Below are positions 19,584-30,004 of a DNA stretch of 64,000 nucleotides, in pieces. A program made the position numbers and the translations under genes. The notes beneath the pieces were generated by a model. That model had not been told where the DNA came from. It did no database searches and worked only from the letters and a program-made list of their open reading frames with translations. The stretch's first letter is position 1, and each line of letters starts with the position of its first letter. The stretch is from a virus (Duplodnaviria; Caudoviricetes): positions 137,402 through 201,401 of the IMG/VR virus record IMGVR_UViG_3300028833_000061; one strand, written 5' to 3'.

Positions 19584-20879
19584 TTACTTTCCGAGGTGAG
19601 CAACAAGCAGCTTGGAAGCGGCGGCGATCTTGCTCATCATAGAGGCTCTCTTGTATATGAGAGATGCCTGCTTGCTGACGGGCTTCTTGGAGATCTTCTT
19701 GGCCGCAACCTTCTTCGCGGAGGCCTTCTTGGCAGATGCCTTCTTTGCAGAAGCCTCCTTCTCACCGTCGTCAGCCTCGGGCTCCGCCTCTGGCTCCTCT
19801 CCGGATGGCTCAGCTGAAGTATCTACAGCGGCCTCGTCGCCGCCCTCGGCTGCCTCGTCTCCGACGCCGACATCCAGGCCTAGCTCCTCCGCCGCCTCGG
19901 GCTCCTCGGCCGCGAGCTCCTCGACGATTTCTGCGAGATCCTCCTCGGTGAGAGCTCCAGACTCAAGCTGTGACATCAGGACCTGTGCAACCGCATCCTC
20001 TGGAAGCATCTCGCCGTCATCGGCTACGTCAGCTTCCGCGGCAACGTCTGCTGGAACGTCCTCGGCCGCTGGCTCCTCTGGAACTGCCTCCGGCTCCTGG
20101 GCTGCCATTGCCGCAATGGCGGCATCTGCTTCGTTAGCGCCTAGATCCTGTGCCTGCTTGATGCGAACATACTGAGCGGCTGCGCGCTGTCCTGCTACAT
20201 ATTCCTGAGCTGCACGCTGACCAGCTGCATATTCCTCTGCTGCCTTCTCCTGCCCTGAGATGAAGTTGAAGACATCCTCTGCCTGCTTGGCTCCGGCCTG
20301 CTTGGCCATAACCTTCTCCGCAAGATCTGCTCCCTCCTTTTCTGCGAGCATGGCGCACGCGAGTTTGGCGAGAATATCTGTTGTAAGCTCAAGATTCAGT
20401 TCGGGAGCGCCAGCAGACTTCGTATCCGGCTTGGACTCGACCTTCTTCTCCTTCTTCTGTTCTACCGCGGGAGCGGCGGCCTGCTTCGTCTGAGCGGCCT
20501 GCTTCGTCTGAGCAGTCTGCTGTCCGTGGATCAGAGAAAGGATGTCGTTGACAAGAGTCTTCTGCGCAGACGCCTCCTTGGCATTTGCATCGGCTGTCTC
20601 GAGCGGCTTCTCCTCTGGGTTGACGATTGACTCGTCGGACTCGAACAGGTCGCCGGCCGTGATAGGACGATCGTCGCCCTTGCCTTCTGTTGAACGAGTT
20701 GACTCTGGACCCATCGATCCGTCATTCACCTCGGGATCCTCCTTCGGCAGAGTAACGTCCTTGTCGTTCTCCGCACCGGGCATGTTGTCGGGATCCTCTC
20801 CCGAAATTTCAGCGAGCTTTGCCTGTGCACGCTTCGTCATAGCCTGCACTTCCTTGAGCATCTGAGAGTATGTTGCCAT
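19584..20879 (-). CDS. Capsid scaffolding protein, putative
   Basis: Acidic, Ala-rich, low complexity, between the protease and MCP, with more than a dozen KxA motifs; start MATYSQ at 20879. Confidence 0.65.
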   Translation of the reverse strand: MATYSQMLKEVQAMTKRAQAKLAEISGEDPDNMPGAENDKDVTLPKEDPEVNDGSMGPESTRSTEGKGDDRPITAGDLFESDESIVNPEEKPLETADANAKEASAQKTLVNDILSLIHGQQTAQTKQAAQTKQAAAPAVEQKKEKKVESKPDTKSAGAPELNLELTTDILAKLACAMLAEKEGADLAEKVMAKQAGAKQAEDVFNFISGQEKAAEEYAAGQRAAQEYVAGQRAAAQYVRIKQAQDLGANEADAAIAAMAAQEPEAVPEEPAAEDVPADVAAEADVADDGEMLPEDAVAQVLMSQLESGALTEEDLAEIVEELAAEEPEAAEELGLDVGVGDEAAEGGDEAAVDTSAEPSGEEPEAEPEADDGEKEASAKKASAKKASAKKVAAKKISKKPVSKQASLIYKRASMMSKIAAASKLLVAHLGK

Positions 20880-20884
20880 GTTTT

Positions 20885-22435
20885 TTATTCCTTCTGCATG
20901 TCTTGAAGCGCTCCTAGCGCCGTCATGCATTCTGCTATTTTAGATGTTTTTTGGTTCGAAGTTTCGCCACATCGGCTGGTTATGACTGCGTCTATAGCAG
21001 CTAGTTTGTAAGCAGCGTATTTCTCCGCTAATTTCTTAGTTACATAACCATTTAAAATCTTTAATGAAGAATTGTCAACAACAAAATTAGGTTTAGTTCC
21101 TTTTATTGTCGCGGACACTACAGAATCCTCTAGCGAGTCAATGCAAGACGCTTCCTTCAGCTCCTCTTTCAACTCAAAAAGATTCTGTCTCGAGATCGGA
21201 AAAGAGCATCCAAGTGGCCACGCGTCAAAATTTAGATCGTTGCACAGTTTCTGCAAACAGGACGTATCTTTAGCCTCTTTAAGTACTTCAGCAACTTTCT
21301 GCGAAACACCGTTTAAATAAGGCTTAACTGTGTTGAAGTCATCTCCCATCGCATACTTGAAGAAAGACGTCGAATCCATGACAACGCCAGCATCGCCTAG
21401 AACCCTGAAGGCTGCTCCAGGATCAAGTTCGCGAAGCTTGTCTATTGTTGAATCTTTCAAAGGATGTGATGCTATCTTGCACAGCTGTACAAGAAACTTG
21501 TCGCGCGCCGAATCTGCAGAGGCTGTCTTTGTTATAAATCCAACATACTTGTCGTGCATGTCTATAAGCTGATTGGCATACGCTAGTTTCCTGAGTCCAG
21601 AAGGAGACGTGATCGCCAGCCTGTCTGACGCCTCTACACCATAGTATTCAGCAAGCTTCACGGAATCGAACGGAAGCGTGTACGACGCCTCCTTCTCTTC
21701 TTTGTCGTCGTCTTTGTCCTTCTCTTTATTTTCCTCGTCCTTGTTGTCCTTGTCCTCGTCTTCCTCGTCTGGCATTACTTTCATAAGATCCCACGCGATT
21801 CTATCTGCTGGCTTACCTACAAACGAGATATCGAAGAACTTAGGTTCGTCGTTGAACGTAAATATATGCCTTCCGTCCTCCATCATTTCTCCAAGATGGT
21901 CACGGACATGCTCGCACTCAAGCTCGTCTCCCGCGTGCTTTCTCTTCGCGCCGCAAATAGAGCAACGATCATGGTCTACCATGCAAGCCATCGAAAAGCA
22001 GATCTCGCCATCGCGCTCTAGACGCTCAAGCTCTGGAGCTGCCTTCTCTCTGTCAGCATGTATGAACAGCTCTACACGATCCATCATATCGTTAAAAGCA
22101 GAAGCAATTATATCGCCTATGGACTTCTTGGGGTCCTTATTCCTGTGATGCCTGAATACGTGTCCGAACTCTACAAAAGTCGGATGATACTTCTTGCACG
22201 CCTCACGAGTAAAACCGTCACCGTTCCTGTTTGCTCTGTATGCCTCTGTGTCACCAAGTGCTACAACGTGAATACCTACATGATTCTTGTCTGGCTTCAG
22301 TTCATCGTAGCTCTTACCAAAAATAGTCTCTGTCTCTTTCTTTTCAGCTGTCTTTACAGAATTGCCGGAGTCGACAATCTCCATGCCGACTCCTATGTCA
22401 GGATCGAACTGCGATGACTGTATCAGCTTTATCAT
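20885..22435 (-). CDS. Prohead maturation protease (HK97/assemblin clan) with a Zn-finger and a long C-terminal extension
   Basis: NRNGDGF, VFRHH (His), FSMAC (Ser), CSICG..CEH, FFDISFVGKPAD. Confidence 0.8.
   Translation of the reverse strand: MIKLIQSSQFDPDIGVGMEIVDSGNSVKTAEKKETETIFGKSYDELKPDKNHVGIHVVALGDTEAYRANRNGDGFTREACKKYHPTFVEFGHVFRHHRNKDPKKSIGDIIASAFNDMMDRVELFIHADREKAAPELERLERDGEICFSMACMVDHDRCSICGAKRKHAGDELECEHVRDHLGEMMEDGRHIFTFNDEPKFFDISFVGKPADRIAWDLMKVMPDEEDEDKDNKDEENKEKDKDDDKEEKEASYTLPFDSVKLAEYYGVEASDRLAITSPSGLRKLAYANQLIDMHDKYVGFITKTASADSARDKFLVQLCKIASHPLKDSTIDKLRELDPGAAFRVLGDAGVVMDSTSFFKYAMGDDFNTVKPYLNGVSQKVAEVLKEAKDTSCLQKLCNDLNFDAWPLGCSFPISRQNLFELKEELKEASCIDSLEDSVVSATIKGTKPNFVVDNSSLKILNGYVTKKLAEKYAAYKLAAIDAVITSRCGETSNQKTSKIAECMTALGALQDMQKE
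21049..21078 (-). promoter_or_regulatory. Possible internal promoter for the scaffold-capsid operon
   Basis: Perfect TTGACA with an AT-rich, non-consensus -10, in an AT-rich patch at the 3' end of the protease gene. Confidence 0.3.
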
Positions 22436-22438
22436 CGT

Positions 22439-24121
22439 CTACTTTCCCTCGTTAAAATCAGTGTGTGCCTCGTCTGGATACAACGCATTTCCAAGTCTCT
22501 GCAAACCGTCAAGGACCAGACCGCCGCCAACCAATCCAGCAACGCCAGTGCCTACAGCTCCTGGTCTTGTATTTTTATCAGCAAGACTTCTAATCCACCG
22601 CGTGTACCACGGACGTGCACTTAGATCGGCAACCTCTGCATTAAGTTTCGGAATAGTACCAAGCGTCTCGGCATTTCCAGCCGTATCGGTAGCTACAGTT
22701 TTTCCGCTGGCGTCAGTTTTACCGGTAAGACCTTCCAATCTACCTCTAAGTCTATCAATCTCGCTATCTAGAGTCTTTAGGTTAGCATGCCCGATCCCGC
22801 CGTCTCCTTTGCCAGATTGGATATCACGCAATCTTGCCCTGTCTCTTTCAAGACCTATTGGCTCTGTAACAACACGCCTTCCATCACCATCTCGAAGCGG
22901 CTCATTATCAGTTGGTGGTGTTTTTGTGCCAGGATGTTTAGCCCTTTTTGCCTGTTCGCGCGCTATCGCGTCTGCTCTATCCTGTGTAACCACATTAAAA
23001 TCGCCTGCCTCAAGTCTCGGATCTAGACCCTGCCCCTCAACTACAGCATCAATATCGGCAGGGAATCTAAGCCAGGGGCTATACTTTCTAGCGGCTTCCT
23101 GTATATTTTCTCCAACAGCGCGATCAGCACGTCCGACACCGTATGGAGACTCGCGTATACTTTCATTAGGCACGAGTGGCTTAAGACTTAGATTTCCATT
23201 CCTATCTATAGTTGCAACGTCACCGAATACTTTTGCAAGTCCTTCAGCTCGTGCGCGTGCCGCATCAGCAAACTCAAGACGCGGATCACGTACAGTAGCG
23301 TTTTGTCCGCCACCACCTTCTCCTGCTATTTCATCAAGAGCCTGAGCGCGCATTTCATCTGCGTATATTTTGTATATATCAGGCATATCTATAGCCATAG
23401 CCGCCTCGGTCGCAGCTCTTGCAGGCGTCATCATTTTAGTATTTTTTGTGGTATCGTCTATTACGCTGCGTGCAAGATCTCTATCGCTATTGCTAATATC
23501 TCGGTTTAAAAGACGATCCTCTTCTGCGATCCGTGACCTAAGGTACCTCATGGTGTCGTCTAGCTCGGCGACCTGTCCAACAACAGAAATGTTGTCCTTC
23601 CATCCGGGTGTTTCAGTCAAGGCAGCTCTCTGAAGCTCTCTATCGTGCAAAACTTCGCGAAGCCTATCTAGGCGATCACTTCTACCTGGAAAATCTGCAG
23701 AAGCTGCAACATTATTGGCCCTAATCTGCCTAAGAGCCTTTAGGCGCTCACTTATTTGAGGCATGACATCCTGAAGAACTCGTGCGTCTGCTGTAGAGTT
23801 CTCGATGAACGCAAGCTCTTCTGGCGTTATTTCTCCACGAGCGATTCTATCTTGAAGCTCAGCTGCCTCGTTTGCTAGCGGCTGTCTTCTTTCCTCGAGT
23901 CTATCAATTTTATCACGCAGTCTCTTAGCACGGTTATTTGCTCTGCTCAACGCCATTCTTGGAGTGTTAAGAACGGCAGCAGCACCGGCGCCGGCTCCTG
24001 CGGCTAGCTCGCCAAGCGCAACTCCTGCGCTAGGGCCTTCCGACGGTGCTGGAGAAACGGCATCTACGCTGTCCTCGAATTTCTCGTCGCCATCTATAGG
24101 CACAAACATGTTATCAGCCAT
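22439..24121 (-). CDS. Hypothetical coiled-coil protein with Gly-rich hydrophobic segments at both ends
   Basis: 560 aa; GVALGELAAGAGAGAAAVL and GAVGTGVAGLVGGGLVL. Confidence 0.6.
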   Translation of the reverse strand: MADNMFVPIDGDEKFEDSVDAVSPAPSEGPSAGVALGELAAGAGAGAAAVLNTPRMALSRANNRAKRLRDKIDRLEERRQPLANEAAELQDRIARGEITPEELAFIENSTADARVLQDVMPQISERLKALRQIRANNVAASADFPGRSDRLDRLREVLHDRELQRAALTETPGWKDNISVVGQVAELDDTMRYLRSRIAEEDRLLNRDISNSDRDLARSVIDDTTKNTKMMTPARAATEAAMAIDMPDIYKIYADEMRAQALDEIAGEGGGGQNATVRDPRLEFADAARARAEGLAKVFGDVATIDRNGNLSLKPLVPNESIRESPYGVGRADRAVGENIQEAARKYSPWLRFPADIDAVVEGQGLDPRLEAGDFNVVTQDRADAIAREQAKRAKHPGTKTPPTDNEPLRDGDGRRVVTEPIGLERDRARLRDIQSGKGDGGIGHANLKTLDSEIDRLRGRLEGLTGKTDASGKTVATDTAGNAETLGTIPKLNAEVADLSARPWYTRWIRSLADKNTRPGAVGTGVAGLVGGGLVLDGLQRLGNALYPDEAHTDFNEGK

Positions 24122-24143
24122 CTTTCACGCTCCAGTTAAATCG

Positions 24144-25001
24144 TTATCTAATCTTTCCAAATGTAAAAAGCCTGCGAAGACCTCGCAAGGCATCTCCTTT
24201 GTAATCTCTTGCTGCGTTTCCTACTTGGAATCCTAGAGTATTAAAAGTTCCCGTGTCTTCCTCTCTGAACAGAACTTTATCTGTGTCTGGCATCAATACC
24301 GGATCGTCACTCCACGGAACAGGTACGCTTACCATCTGAAATATGGTACCGTTGTTGTTTCTATATCCGATTTCATTCCTGTCCGACGCATCATACAGTC
24401 TTCTTGCAACAGCTTCACGGCCTGCAATCTGCTGCGGTATGATTCCGTCTACGACCTCTCTGGTGATGTAGAACGGAACGCCTGCCACAGGCTTCCCGTC
24501 TGATCCACGAAGTGTCACGCCTCTGTCCTGGGCTATCATGGCGGCCTCTGTCCACGGAGTAGAATCAGGATGCTTCTCGTGAGATGCTGTAGCTACGGCA
24601 GCTAGATATTCAAGTCTCTCTGGAGATGGTATCTCGCGCTTTGAAGACACATCTGGTGTCTCTACCGTTGTACCATCCTCTGATACGACAGGCTTCACGG
24701 AATCAGGCACTGGAATGCGTATTGTGTCTTCCTCTGGCTGCTGTTTGCCTGCGCCTGGATCAAACGAGCTGGAATTCCAGTTATCATATGCAAAGCCTGC
24801 CGCTGTGCCTAGTCCTGCGCCTGTCAAAGCGGACAGCAGATACTCCTTAAGCTGATTCTGGTCCTTGTCTTTTGGCCTGAGCGCCTGTACGAGAAGACCG
24901 AGACCGGCCCCGCCAAGCGCTCCAGTCATAGCACCGCTAGCTGCCTTCTTCTCGGCACTGGAAAAACTACCTATTGCAGCAAGATCGTTCTTTGTAATCA
25001 T
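24144..25001 (-). CDS. Putative internal head protein, glycine-zipper type
   Basis: N-terminal EKKAAS, then GALGGAGLGLLVQAL and ALTGAGLGTAAGFAY. Confidence 0.6.
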   Translation of the reverse strand: MITKNDLAAIGSFSSAEKKAASGAMTGALGGAGLGLLVQALRPKDKDQNQLKEYLLSALTGAGLGTAAGFAYDNWNSSSFDPGAGKQQPEEDTIRIPVPDSVKPVVSEDGTTVETPDVSSKREIPSPERLEYLAAVATASHEKHPDSTPWTEAAMIAQDRGVTLRGSDGKPVAGVPFYITREVVDGIIPQQIAGREAVARRLYDASDRNEIGYRNNNGTIFQMVSVPVPWSDDPVLMPDTDKVLFREEDTGTFNTLGFQVGNAARDYKGDALRGLRRLFTFGKIR

Positions 25002-25008
25002 CTCTCGC

Positions 25009-26259
25009 CTATGCCCGTCCTGTGAGTTTTATTGCTTCGCGCTGCTTCTTCTCTAGGTCTGTCCACGTATTTGCGTCGTACGGACTTATAGCTATGGAAT
25101 TCACAGCCTGTCTAAGTACTGACCTCGTAAGTTCCTTGTCGTTAGCGAGTTCAGGAGATATGTGCAGCAACGTCTGGTAGATCGACGCAACCGTGTCTGG
25201 ATCGGCTTCCGCTATTATCTTGTCTCTTGCCATAAGATCCTGCAGCATCATAGCACGCACAACATTCTCTGTCGTTCGCTTTGTCTCGTCGTTCTCACTA
25301 GCCTGGTTGTCGAAAAGAGCAGAATCCAGATCGAAAGCGTCTGAATGTACTAATCCTTGCGTACCAGTCGTAAGACCCTTGCCAAACGCGAGGCGTCCGA
25401 CCATCGAGGCCTTCTTCTCGTTAAACAGTGATAAAAAAGTACTTGGGCCCTCCTCTTTCTCCCCTATAAACGCAGTCGTTATCTCTGAGTTCATTTTCTC
25501 GGCCTGCTTGTGCATGCTGTCTGCCTGGGCGCGCATGTCTTTCATCGAAGACAGAGTCTCGGCCATATCCTCTGCTGTCTTTATCTCGTCGGAAAGATCA
25601 GAATCGTCAACAAGAGATGCCTTGCACTTTGCTTCCTTGAACTGAGCGGGTAAAACCTTGTCAAGCTCCTTGACGATATCCTTGTTTGCAGACTCCTTGA
25701 AGCGGGCATACTTCTCTACGCCGCCTTTCTTAACAGTCTCAGCAAGCCCATAAAGCTGTGTAACAAGATCGCTCTTCATCATGCCTGCAATGTTAGCTGC
25801 AAAATCTGCGGCATTCTTTACAAGCTTCATCTGATTGACTAGGAGATAAGCCAGATTATCTCGTGACAACCCTGTGGTCTTCTCCTCGTTCTCTGCAGCC
25901 TTCTCGACTACATCATCCTCATGTGCAATGTAATCATAGGCGGGCTTACTGTAGTCGAAGTAAATGTGATTGACCTCTGCGGTCTTCTCCTCCTTGCCAA
26001 GAACCTTGTCTGCGTCTAGCATCATCGCTGCAACCTTGTCCTTGTGTGCAAGAGGAAAAGAAGCGGTTTTGTCGGCAGCTTGCTTGTACTGGTTAATTGT
26101 AATAGCAGTATTTAACGTCTCAACAAGACGATCTGTCTGATCGCTGTTGAACTCATGAGCTGCTGCAGACTTGCAAACAGCCTCGTCAGGCGTGCTTCCC
26201 TCGTTGCAGAACTTTACCGCGTCCTCTAGCGCTGATCTTAATTTGTCTTCAAATGCCAT
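25009..26259 (-). CDS. Helical KxA-rich putative internal head protein
   Basis: 416 aa; KSA, KQA, KTAS, KTA, KAA, KEA, KKAS. Confidence 0.6.
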   Translation of the reverse strand: MAFEDKLRSALEDAVKFCNEGSTPDEAVCKSAAAHEFNSDQTDRLVETLNTAITINQYKQAADKTASFPLAHKDKVAAMMLDADKVLGKEEKTAEVNHIYFDYSKPAYDYIAHEDDVVEKAAENEEKTTGLSRDNLAYLLVNQMKLVKNAADFAANIAGMMKSDLVTQLYGLAETVKKGGVEKYARFKESANKDIVKELDKVLPAQFKEAKCKASLVDDSDLSDEIKTAEDMAETLSSMKDMRAQADSMHKQAEKMNSEITTAFIGEKEEGPSTFLSLFNEKKASMVGRLAFGKGLTTGTQGLVHSDAFDLDSALFDNQASENDETKRTTENVVRAMMLQDLMARDKIIAEADPDTVASIYQTLLHISPELANDKELTRSVLRQAVNSIAISPYDANTWTDLEKKQREAIKLTGRA

Positions 26260-26278
26260 CTTGGTCTCCTTAGAATCC

Positions 26279-27235
26279 TTAAAATTTACTTGCTATCAGC
26301 TTGTTCAATTCAGCGTTCGCCGCCTCAGTGTCCGCCGCCGGCAGAGCGGTCTTTTCTATGGCTGCCTCGGCCTCCAAAGTGTCCTTGATGGCCCTCATCA
26401 TAGCAGGCTGTGCATCCACCTCCTTTGCAGCTCCTATCACCTGTGGAGACGCCTTGTACAATATTGCCATTAACGTCCTGGTTGTGTCAAGGCCGGTTTC
26501 TCCAGATTCCTTTGATTCCTTCAGCATCTTGGTCTGGCTCGTCAGAGCAGATAGAAGCTTGGCCATCGACTCATGTCCTATACGTCCCTCGAACATCGAC
26601 ATGAACACACGAGACTGCGCTACGCGCCACATCTCGTCCAGCATATATTCCTGACTGTCGTTGCGCTTTCCGTGCGCATCCTTCCACAGCCATATCGACG
26701 TTAGAGTATCGTATCCCATCAAAGCGCCAATCATCTTCCACAGCTGCTCAGGCGGAGTCTCGTCGTCCATTTCTCCTGACGGAAGAGCAAAATACTGTCT
26801 AAGCTGGCACGATGGATGAAGCCTGCCGTTGTCAAGCCTCACGTTAAAATACATCTTCTCGTAGGCTACAAACGCATCCTCGTCTATAGTTCCGCCACCT
26901 ATATCCAAAGAAATAACACTGTAGTTTACAGCAGTTAAAAGAAGAGGCTCCAGACGATATTTCACGTCTGAGGGCCTAGTTCCCTGATACCAGACAGACG
27001 CCATACGCATATTCATCTGTGCCGGATTGAGGCGCCTTCCGTGCTTAAGCGCAGAGAGATAATCTACCTGCCTTTTTATCCACGGATCGTCGACGTACAT
27101 CGAATACTCGGGATCTGGTCTGTACCCCGGGTTGTCGAATAACGCCACAGCTACCGAATTTCGCCAGTCAGGCTCGAATTGGCAAGGATTGTCTATTGGC
27201 GTAACTATTGTCTGTTCGCCAATCTTCAAGATCAA
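26279..27235 (-). CDS. Hypothetical protein (318 aa)
   Basis: ATGA-type overlap with the upstream gene; globular composition. Confidence 0.6.
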   Translation of the reverse strand: MILKIGEQTIVTPIDNPCQFEPDWRNSVAVALFDNPGYRPDPEYSMYVDDPWIKRQVDYLSALKHGRRLNPAQMNMRMASVWYQGTRPSDVKYRLEPLLLTAVNYSVISLDIGGGTIDEDAFVAYEKMYFNVRLDNGRLHPSCQLRQYFALPSGEMDDETPPEQLWKMIGALMGYDTLTSIWLWKDAHGKRNDSQEYMLDEMWRVAQSRVFMSMFEGRIGHESMAKLLSALTSQTKMLKESKESGETGLDTTRTLMAILYKASPQVIGAAKEVDAQPAMMRAIKDTLEAEAAIEKTALPAADTEAANAELNKLIASKF

Positions 27236-27603
27236 CCGCCCTTCGTGAAGAACCTTACAAGCGTAAATATAAGCTCTATGAGAGCTCCAGTAGATGTAAC
27301 GGCAATAAAATACAGCAGCTTCTTCTGCGCGTCGAACTCGGTACGGATCTCCGTGACCTGCGTAGTAAGCGGCTTTGCCGTCTGCGTTCCCTTGTGGACC
27401 ATTCCGTCAAGGTCATCTACCTGGCGCTGCAGCTGATGATACTCAAGATCAAGCTCCGCGATCTTCTTCTCGAGCTCCTGAGCCTTTCTTGTGTTTTCGT
27501 CGATCTGCTTCTGGTTTCTGCGGATAGACTCCTCCAGAACCCCATTCTGCTTAGCCAATTCCAGAAGCCTGGCTCCTGGAAGCTCGATAACCTCTTCTGC
27601 CAT
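27232..27603 (-). CDS. Coiled-coil protein with a C-terminal TM helix (XhlA-like architecture)
   Basis: Heptad region, then LLYFIAVTSTGALIELIFTLVRFF. Confidence 0.5.
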   Translation of the reverse strand: MAEEVIELPGARLLELAKQNGVLEESIRRNQKQIDENTRKAQELEKKIAELDLEYHQLQRQVDDLDGMVHKGTQTAKPLTTQVTEIRTEFDAQKKLLYFIAVTSTGALIELIFTLVRFFTKGG

Positions 27604-27614
27604 CTTACAACCTC

Positions 27615-29939
27615 CTACACCGACACGGTGTCTGCATCGTCCCCGCCAACCGACTTCTTCTTGAGATCGAGAGTCAGCTTGCCGAGCGTCTTGAACGTGC
27701 TTCTAAGCACATCTTCCATCTCGACTACGTCGTCAGTGCCGTAGCGAGAAATGAAATCGTCGTGCTTCCAGTAGTACAGGAACAGCACACGGCCAAGACG
27801 GTCGAGAGTCTCCATGAACTGCGGAATGTATGAATCGATCACGTTGCCAGTGTCGTAGACACGGCTGAGACCACCGATTGTAGCCTGGTCGAATACGTTC
27901 TTCTGACCAAGCTCGGCCGCCTGCTGTGCAAGCTGCTGTGCCTCCTGGTCGATCGGCAGCTCCTGGTTCTGCTCCATCTCGCCGCCGACGTTTTCGCCCT
28001 GCACGTTCTCGTATGGATCGCCACCAGGAACTCCTGAGAGCTGCCCCTGCGTCTCGTCGACATAAGGCATCTGGTATACAGGCATTCCGGTGTATGGATC
28101 TGTCGTGGCTCCAGGCATCTGAGGCTGAGGCATGTCAACTCCTACAAACGGAGACATCTGCGCAAACTTGATGACATATTCCTCGCTGCCTGCGTTCTCT
28201 GCCTTCTTGAGCATCTTCTTTGCTTGATCATATCCAAGTCCGAGGCGTGTAACCAGAGTAACGCATGCCTGCTTGTAATTGTCGAATTCTACAGCGGAAT
28301 GTCTGTCGAAATTAAGACGGAAGCCGTGGCTGTTGTGTGCAAGACGCAGCGTATGATGTGCATTCTTGAGCATGTAGTCGAACATGGTCGACTCGCTTCC
28401 GAGCGAAACATCCTCCGGCTTCGCGTCGCGATCGTAGTGCTCCCACGTCTCGTCGTCCCTCTTCGCGCGCTTCTTGTAAAGTTTCAGGCACTTCCAGTCG
28501 GAAGGAATAACTAGATATTCGTCGTTGCGCTTCGGGCGTCCGCTAAATTCTGCAAGCTCGATGTTGTCTACAGTCCAAAGATCCCCGCTCGTAATGCTAC
28601 AACGGAAAGAAGGACGGCCATCCGAGTTTCCAAAGAACTCCTTCACGTCGACAGGTCCGATAAACGTATCCTCCGGGCTGACAAGCAATATCCTATCCCC
28701 GTTCTCTATATCGCCGATACTCTTTGCACTGTCATAGGCCTTGCCTTCCGGGCCAGGATCACCGGCATCGCCGTCGGTCTTTACATACACCTTCTCGTTC
28801 GACCACACCCTTCCAGTGCGTCCATCGTCAGGAAAATACACTAGAGTACGATTAGCCTTGTACTCCTTATCGCCCTGTGCAGCTCCATCCTCATAAAGAA
28901 CATAGCCTTTCTTGAATTCGCCACCTGGCATCAGCACTTCGTACACGCCAGGCTTGTCCGGCGAAGCCATGTACTTAGTATACTCCGTCGTGTATGCGAT
29001 AGACTTCTCGTCGTCCTTGCGCTTGTCTGTGATCGTAAAGCCGTTCTCTACGATATCCTTGGCATCCTCCGTGCCGCGAGGAGTATCTGTAACCTTGACA
29101 TCGAAATCAGGCTTCTCCTCTGCCTGCTTCTTGATAAGGTAGCAGTCCTTTGCGAACTTGTCGGTATAGAATGCTGACGGTCCTTCGTAGAACTTCATGG
29201 CAGCCTCGGCCATCTTGAAGTTCTCGAACGATTTCATCATTGAAATAACGGACTTAGGTCCGCCAATCTTCTCTGCATAATCCTTGAAGAGATCTGCCGA
29301 AGCTGACTTCTCCACGGCCTGCTTGTGAGTAACGGCACCGACGAAACCAGCCCACGCCTTGTTGAACTCTGGATCTTTCTTGGCTGCTTCCTTCGTAGCA
29401 AGCTGCATGTTTGCCCATGCGTCCTGGAAAGACCACGGCTCGTTTGCCTCAGAAACCTTCTCGTTATGATATCCAAGCGGGCCACTCGATGGATGCTGGA
29501 GAAAATCGAAATCAGGATCCTCGAAATCCTGCTGTACATCCTCAGGAGCGCCTGTTCCTAATTCTACGGCCTGACGATTCGTGATGTTGTCGATCCATTC
29601 CTCGGTCAACGGTACGAATGAGTTCGTGCGCTTGTTGAGGATCATGTCGACTCCCTTCACCTGGCTGTTAAGGAAGAACGCAGGAACATAATAATAGTCC
29701 TTGCCAACCTTAAAACCGAAAATGCCAACCGCACGAGAACCGTCGTCTTCTCTCTCTACAGTCTCGAAACCAAGCATGTACTTCATCAGGCCAGGAGCCC
29801 TGTCCTGAATGAATGCATACGCGATCTTATTAAAATCCTGCTCGAACTGTGTATCGTCTGGATTTAGCTGACCCTCTTTGTAAAAGGCCGTGTTACCTAC
29901 ACGTTTCAGCAAAGAATTAAAGCTTGGCTTATTTGTCAT
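27615..29939 (-). CDS. Large putative virion/internal head protein (774 aa)
   Basis: Biased codons, own promoter, KEA/KQA/KSAS/KKQA/KFA motifs, and a Pro/Gln/Met-rich DPYTGMPV segment. Confidence 0.6.
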   Translation of the reverse strand: MTNKPSFNSLLKRVGNTAFYKEGQLNPDDTQFEQDFNKIAYAFIQDRAPGLMKYMLGFETVEREDDGSRAVGIFGFKVGKDYYYVPAFFLNSQVKGVDMILNKRTNSFVPLTEEWIDNITNRQAVELGTGAPEDVQQDFEDPDFDFLQHPSSGPLGYHNEKVSEANEPWSFQDAWANMQLATKEAAKKDPEFNKAWAGFVGAVTHKQAVEKSASADLFKDYAEKIGGPKSVISMMKSFENFKMAEAAMKFYEGPSAFYTDKFAKDCYLIKKQAEEKPDFDVKVTDTPRGTEDAKDIVENGFTITDKRKDDEKSIAYTTEYTKYMASPDKPGVYEVLMPGGEFKKGYVLYEDGAAQGDKEYKANRTLVYFPDDGRTGRVWSNEKVYVKTDGDAGDPGPEGKAYDSAKSIGDIENGDRILLVSPEDTFIGPVDVKEFFGNSDGRPSFRCSITSGDLWTVDNIELAEFSGRPKRNDEYLVIPSDWKCLKLYKKRAKRDDETWEHYDRDAKPEDVSLGSESTMFDYMLKNAHHTLRLAHNSHGFRLNFDRHSAVEFDNYKQACVTLVTRLGLGYDQAKKMLKKAENAGSEEYVIKFAQMSPFVGVDMPQPQMPGATTDPYTGMPVYQMPYVDETQGQLSGVPGGDPYENVQGENVGGEMEQNQELPIDQEAQQLAQQAAELGQKNVFDQATIGGLSRVYDTGNVIDSYIPQFMETLDRLGRVLFLYYWKHDDFISRYGTDDVVEMEDVLRSTFKTLGKLTLDLKKKSVGGDDADTVSV

Positions 29940-29969
29940 TTAACAACCCCTTGTTGCTTGCTCCACTTA

Positions 29970-29998
29970 AAAATAACAGATATGGAAATTATTTTCAA
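29970..29998 (-). promoter_or_regulatory. Putative sigma70-type promoter
   Basis: TTGAAA-N17-TATTTT with a TG extension. Confidence 0.5.
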
Positions 29999-30004
29999 TT
30001 TATA

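Noticed and set aside
22362-23345. Long + strand ORFs (also 4963-5793, 7050-7967, 9099-10037, 62163-63233 and 37139-37981 on the - strand)
   Set aside because: They are antisense shadows of well-supported genes, with no recognisable motifs or RBS.
27615-29939. The 774-aa protein as the portal
   Set aside because: I could not recognise portal features; portal and terminase are probably outside the window.
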